The position numbers and the translations under genes are program-made. This document shows positions 37,978 through 41,245 of a stretch of DNA of 41,245 nt, piece after piece. Origin of the DNA: Clostridia bacterium (lineage in GTDB: Bacteria > Bacillota > Clostridia > Christensenellales > CAG-314); NCBI GenBank assembly GCA_036653075.1, contig JAVVUQ010000003.1, forward strand, positions 1 to 41,245, written 5' to 3'. The notes under the pieces are model-generated. The model was not told where the DNA came from and did not search any database. It saw nothing but the letters and a program-made list of their open reading frames with translations. The number at the start of each line of letters is the position of its first letter. Position 1 is the first letter of the stretch.

Positions 37978-39675
37978 ATGAATTTTAAAAAAGAGATAGC
38001 AAAATTAATTGAAATAGATGGTTTGAATTATGAGCAGATAGCGGATATGCTTGAGCCGATACCCGATCAGTTGCCTGGCGATATGGCATTCCCTTGTTTT
38101 AGATTGGCAAAAATTATGCGTAAGTCGCCAGTTTTGATAGCGCAGCAGCTTGTTGAAAGTGTAAAAATTGGAGATATTATAGAAAAGGCGCAAGCGGTAA
38201 ATGGATATCTCAACATATTTTTGAATAAAATCAATGTTGCAAAGCGAGTGTTAAGCGAAGTTGCGCAATGTGGCGAGGCGTATGGTGAAAGCGATATTGG
38301 AAAAAACAAGACAATCTGTATTGATTATAGCAGTGTAAATATTGCAAAACCCTTTCATATCGGGCATTTAGGGACTACTGCAATTGGCGGCGCATTATAT
38401 AAAATTTACAAAAAATTAGGCTATAATGTTGTTGGAATCAATCATTTAGGCGATTATGGCACTCAATTTGGTAAGTTAATTGTGGCGTTTAAACTTTGGA
38501 GTAGCAAAGAAGAAATTGAAAAGGGCGGTGTGCGCGCATTACAACAAGCGTATGTGCGGTTTCATAAAGAGGAAGAAAGCAATACAGAACTAACAGAAAT
38601 GGCGAGGAGTTGGTTTTTAAAGGTTGAAGAAAAAGATGCGGAAGCTATGGAACTTTTTAATTATTTCAAAGAAATAACATTGAAAGAAGTTAACAAGATT
38701 TATAATCGTTTAAACATTTCCTTCGATAGTTGGAACGGCGAAAGTTTTTATAGCGATAAAATGCAGCCTGTTTTAGATGATTTACGAGCTAAAAATTTAA
38801 CTAAAATTTCTGATGGCGCTGAAATTGTTGATTTATCCGATTATGGAATGCCGCCGTGTTTATTAGTAAAAAGTAATGGCGGAACGCTCTATGCTACTCG
38901 TGATATGGCGACTGCGCATTACAGAAAAAAAACATACGATTTTTATAAATGCTTGTATGTTGTAGCTTATCAACAAAATTTACATTTTAAACAATTTTTT
39001 AAAGTTTTGGAGTTGGAAGGATGTTCGTGGGCTAAAGACTTAGTACACGTCGCTTATGGTATGGTGTCGCTTGTCGATGGCAGTATGAGCACTCGAAAAG
39101 GTAATGTCGTTTGGCTTTCGGATGTTTTAGATAATGCGGTTGAAAAAGCGTTAGACATAATAATGCAAAAAAGTCCCGATTTATCAAATAAAGAAGAAAT
39201 TGCTGAATCAATTGGCGTAGGCGCTGTTATTTTTAGCGCTTTATGCAACAGCAGAATAAAAGATATAACCTTTTCACTTGATAGAGTGTTGAGCTTTGAA
39301 GGCGAAACTGCTCCATATCTTCAATACACTCACGCTCGTTGTATGAGTTTAATAGAAAAAAATGGACATAGTAGCGATTATAAATGCGACCCTGATTATA
39401 CAAGCATAGATAATAGCGTAGCGTTAGAACTTATTAAACTTATTGGAGTGTATAACCACGTTTTATGCGACGTTGCTGAAAAATATGAGCCTTCAATTTT
39501 AAGTAATTACCTTATCGATACAGCTAAAGCGTTTAATAAACTCTATATGGAATGTCGAATTTATGGCGAATCTGACTCTGTTAAAAAAGCTCGTTTAATG
39601 GTAGTTGAAGCTACACAAATTATACTTAATAGCGGACTTAAAGCTTTAGGAATCAAACCCGTTTCCAAAATGTAA
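37978..39675 (+). CDS. argS: Arginine--tRNA ligase
   Basis: DYSSVNIAKPFHIGH, NHLGDYGTQFG, YATRD, MSTRKG, PYLQYTHAR. Confidence 0.98.
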   Translation: MNFKKEIAKLIEIDGLNYEQIADMLEPIPDQLPGDMAFPCFRLAKIMRKSPVLIAQQLVESVKIGDIIEKAQAVNGYLNIFLNKINVAKRVLSEVAQCGEAYGESDIGKNKTICIDYSSVNIAKPFHIGHLGTTAIGGALYKIYKKLGYNVVGINHLGDYGTQFGKLIVAFKLWSSKEEIEKGGVRALQQAYVRFHKEEESNTELTEMARSWFLKVEEKDAEAMELFNYFKEITLKEVNKIYNRLNISFDSWNGESFYSDKMQPVLDDLRAKNLTKISDGAEIVDLSDYGMPPCLLVKSNGGTLYATRDMATAHYRKKTYDFYKCLYVVAYQQNLHFKQFFKVLELEGCSWAKDLVHVAYGMVSLVDGSMSTRKGNVVWLSDVLDNAVEKALDIIMQKSPDLSNKEEIAESIGVGAVIFSALCNSRIKDITFSLDRVLSFEGETAPYLQYTHARCMSLIEKNGHSSDYKCDPDYTSIDNSVALELIKLIGVYNHVLCDVAEKYEPSILSNYLIDTAKAFNKLYMECRIYGESDSVKKARLMVVEATQIILNSGLKALGIKPVSKM

Positions 39676-39742
39676 TAAATTATTCAAATTGCAAATCAAA
39701 TGATTATATAACAAATATTATGTATTATTGTGGTTGTAACAA

Positions 39743-39771
39743 TTGACAATAGTTTATTTGCGTGGTATTAT
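39743..39771 (+). promoter_or_regulatory. SigA promoter of the riboswitch-ribU transcript
   Basis: TTGACA-17-TATTAT with TG, directly before the aptamer. Confidence 0.75.
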
Positions 39772-39776
39772 ATGAC

Positions 39777-39897
39777 TGTTCGAGGGTAAGGTGTAATTCC
39801 TTAATCGGCGGTAATGATGTAATGACATTTAGTCCGCAAGCGAAAGCAGATTCGGTTAGATTCCGAAACCGACGGTAAAGTCCGGATAAAAGAAATA
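39777..39897 (+). ncRNA. FMN riboswitch (RFN element)
   Basis: AGGGTAAGGTGTAATTCCT..CGGCGGT...AGTCCGC...GCAGATTCGGT.AGATTCCGAAACCGACGGT.AAGTCCGGAT..AGAA; upstream of an ECF S component. Confidence 0.95.
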
Positions 39898-39915
39898 TAA
39901 CTATCAAAGTTTTTT

Positions 39916-39947
39916 GCGCCCTCATATTTTTTGAGGACGCATTTTTT
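39916..39947 (+). terminator. Riboswitch expression-platform terminator
   Basis: GCGCCCTCA...TGAGGACGC followed by ATTTTTT. Confidence 0.7.
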
Positions 39948-40011
39948 ACTTCGAAACTTGATAGAGTAATACTAATTTTTAATGATTAGTATAATTACTA
40001 TGGAGGATAAA

Positions 40012-40629
40012 GTGAAAGATTTAACAAAAAAAAGAACCATTATAGCGGCAAAAACGATTTGTAAAGTGGCAATATTATCAGCGATAGCTTTTGTTTTACA
40101 TTTATTGCGCTTTCCAATGCCCTTTATGTTTCCCGGATTTTTGGATTTTCAAATTTCCGATATGCCAGGCGTGCTTGCTGGTTTCGCTATGGGACCAATC
40201 GCTGGCAGCGCAGTGATTTTAGTAAAAACATTATTGAAATTTGTTGTTCAAGGTTCATCGTTTGGAGGAATAGGAGAATTAGCTGACGTATTAATAGGTT
40301 GCGCTTTTGTTGTCACCGCTTCGCTTATTTACAAAAAAATAAAAAATAAAAAAGGCGCTTTGATTGGCTTAATTATAGGTACGGCTGCTTCTTGTATCGT
40401 CGCATTGATTTTAAATAGATTTGCGCTCATTCCGTTTATGGCAAACGCTTACGGTTGGCAAGGTATAATAAGTAGCGTAAGTGCATTGTTCCCAGCAGCT
40501 ACGGAAGCTAATTTTTATAACTATTACTTGCCATTGACAGTTTTACCATTTAATCTACTTAGATGCGCTGTGTCAGCGTTAATCGCTTTTTTAATATATA
40601 AAAAATTGTCCTCAGTATTACATTGGTAA
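40012..40629 (+). CDS. ribU: ECF transporter S component for riboflavin
   Basis: AILSAIAFVL, FP.FL.F..SD.P, GP.AG, GIGELAD, LPFNL; FMN riboswitch upstream; GTG start behind GGAGG. Confidence 0.9.
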   Translation: MKDLTKKRTIIAAKTICKVAILSAIAFVLHLLRFPMPFMFPGFLDFQISDMPGVLAGFAMGPIAGSAVILVKTLLKFVVQGSSFGGIGELADVLIGCAFVVTASLIYKKIKNKKGALIGLIIGTAASCIVALILNRFALIPFMANAYGWQGIISSVSALFPAATEANFYNYYLPLTVLPFNLLRCAVSALIAFLIYKKLSSVLHW

Positions 40630-40751
40630 ATTGTATGATTCATTAAATTATTGCATATTATTATATTTATAATACATTGCCTTAATTGCAAAGTCAAAAG
40701 ATTAATAAATATTTTATCAATTATTTAATCAATAAAGGTGTAAATTTAACT

Positions 40752-41165
40752 ATGAAAATATATACAACTAAAAGCGCTCAAGAAACAAGGGATTTAGGAA
40801 AAACTTTAGCAAAAGATTTTATAGGCGGAGAAACTGTTTTACTCAGCGGTGATTTAGGAGCGGGTAAAACTGTGCTTTCTAAGGGTATAGCAGACGCTTT
40901 AGGCATAACCGACGAGGTCACAAGTCCGACGTTTGCCTTGCATAATAGCTACGATGGGAAACTCACACTCAACCACTTTGATTTTTATAGAATCAGCGAC
41001 GAGGAAGAAGCGAGAATCTTGGGCTTGGACGAATATTTCGGACAAACAAACAGCGTTTCAGTTATCGAATGGTGGTCAAATATTAAAAGCTTACTTCCTA
41101 AAAAATGTATAATTATAAATATTTTACGCATAAATGATAATGAAAGAGAAATTGAAGTAATTTAA
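40752..41165 (+). CDS. tsaE: tRNA threonylcarbamoyladenosine biosynthesis ATPase TsaE
   Basis: L.GDLGAGKT, VTSPTF, HFDFYR, IEW; start taken at ATG 40752. Confidence 0.96.
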   Translation: MKIYTTKSAQETRDLGKTLAKDFIGGETVLLSGDLGAGKTVLSKGIADALGITDEVTSPTFALHNSYDGKLTLNHFDFYRISDEEEARILGLDEYFGQTNSVSVIEWWSNIKSLLPKKCIIINILRINDNEREIEVI

Positions 41166-41245
41166 TATTATTTGGCAAGCTTGTCGCTTATTTTCTTCAA
41201 TAACGTAATGTACGCAACGAACTCAATGATTCATACAACGAACTT

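Noticed and set aside
619-39248. Numerous short antisense or nested ORFs in the ORF track
   Set aside because: They are shadows of well-supported genes, with no recognisable motifs or RBS.
39725-39925. 66-aa minus-strand ORF
   Set aside because: It is antisense to the FMN riboswitch and its promoter.

Overview
Very AT-rich chromosomal segment of a Clostridia-like Firmicute; standard genetic code (checked at conserved Arg positions). Housekeeping genes: tatD, metG, mnmG, pth, mfd, argS, tsaE, tRNA-Val(GAC), and an FMN riboswitch upstream of ribU. Accessory content: (i) a minus-strand cluster of a lipoprotein, a GlpA-like flavoprotein with a BON-like N-terminus, a second flavoprotein, a CxxC protein, an FGGY kinase and an alkyl-DHAP-synthase-like enzyme, which looks like a glycerol-ether/acyl-glycerol pathway; (ii) the uncharacterised NifU-like/GGGtGRT pair behind a long leader; (iii) a three-gene NHLP-type bacteriocin exporter with a degenerate peptidase site and two degenerate ATPase sites, no visible precursor, divergent from an S66/MccF peptidase; (iv) an orphan KamC-like MutS ATPase preceded by an IS200/IS605-like hairpin cluster; (v) a zinc-dehydrogenase-fold protein lacking its catalytic motif; (vi) a possible ADP-ribosyltransferase-fold ORF. 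Many intergenic regions are filled with locus-specific degenerate tandem repeats, some starting inside gene ends. No CRISPR array, integrase or transposase is seen.
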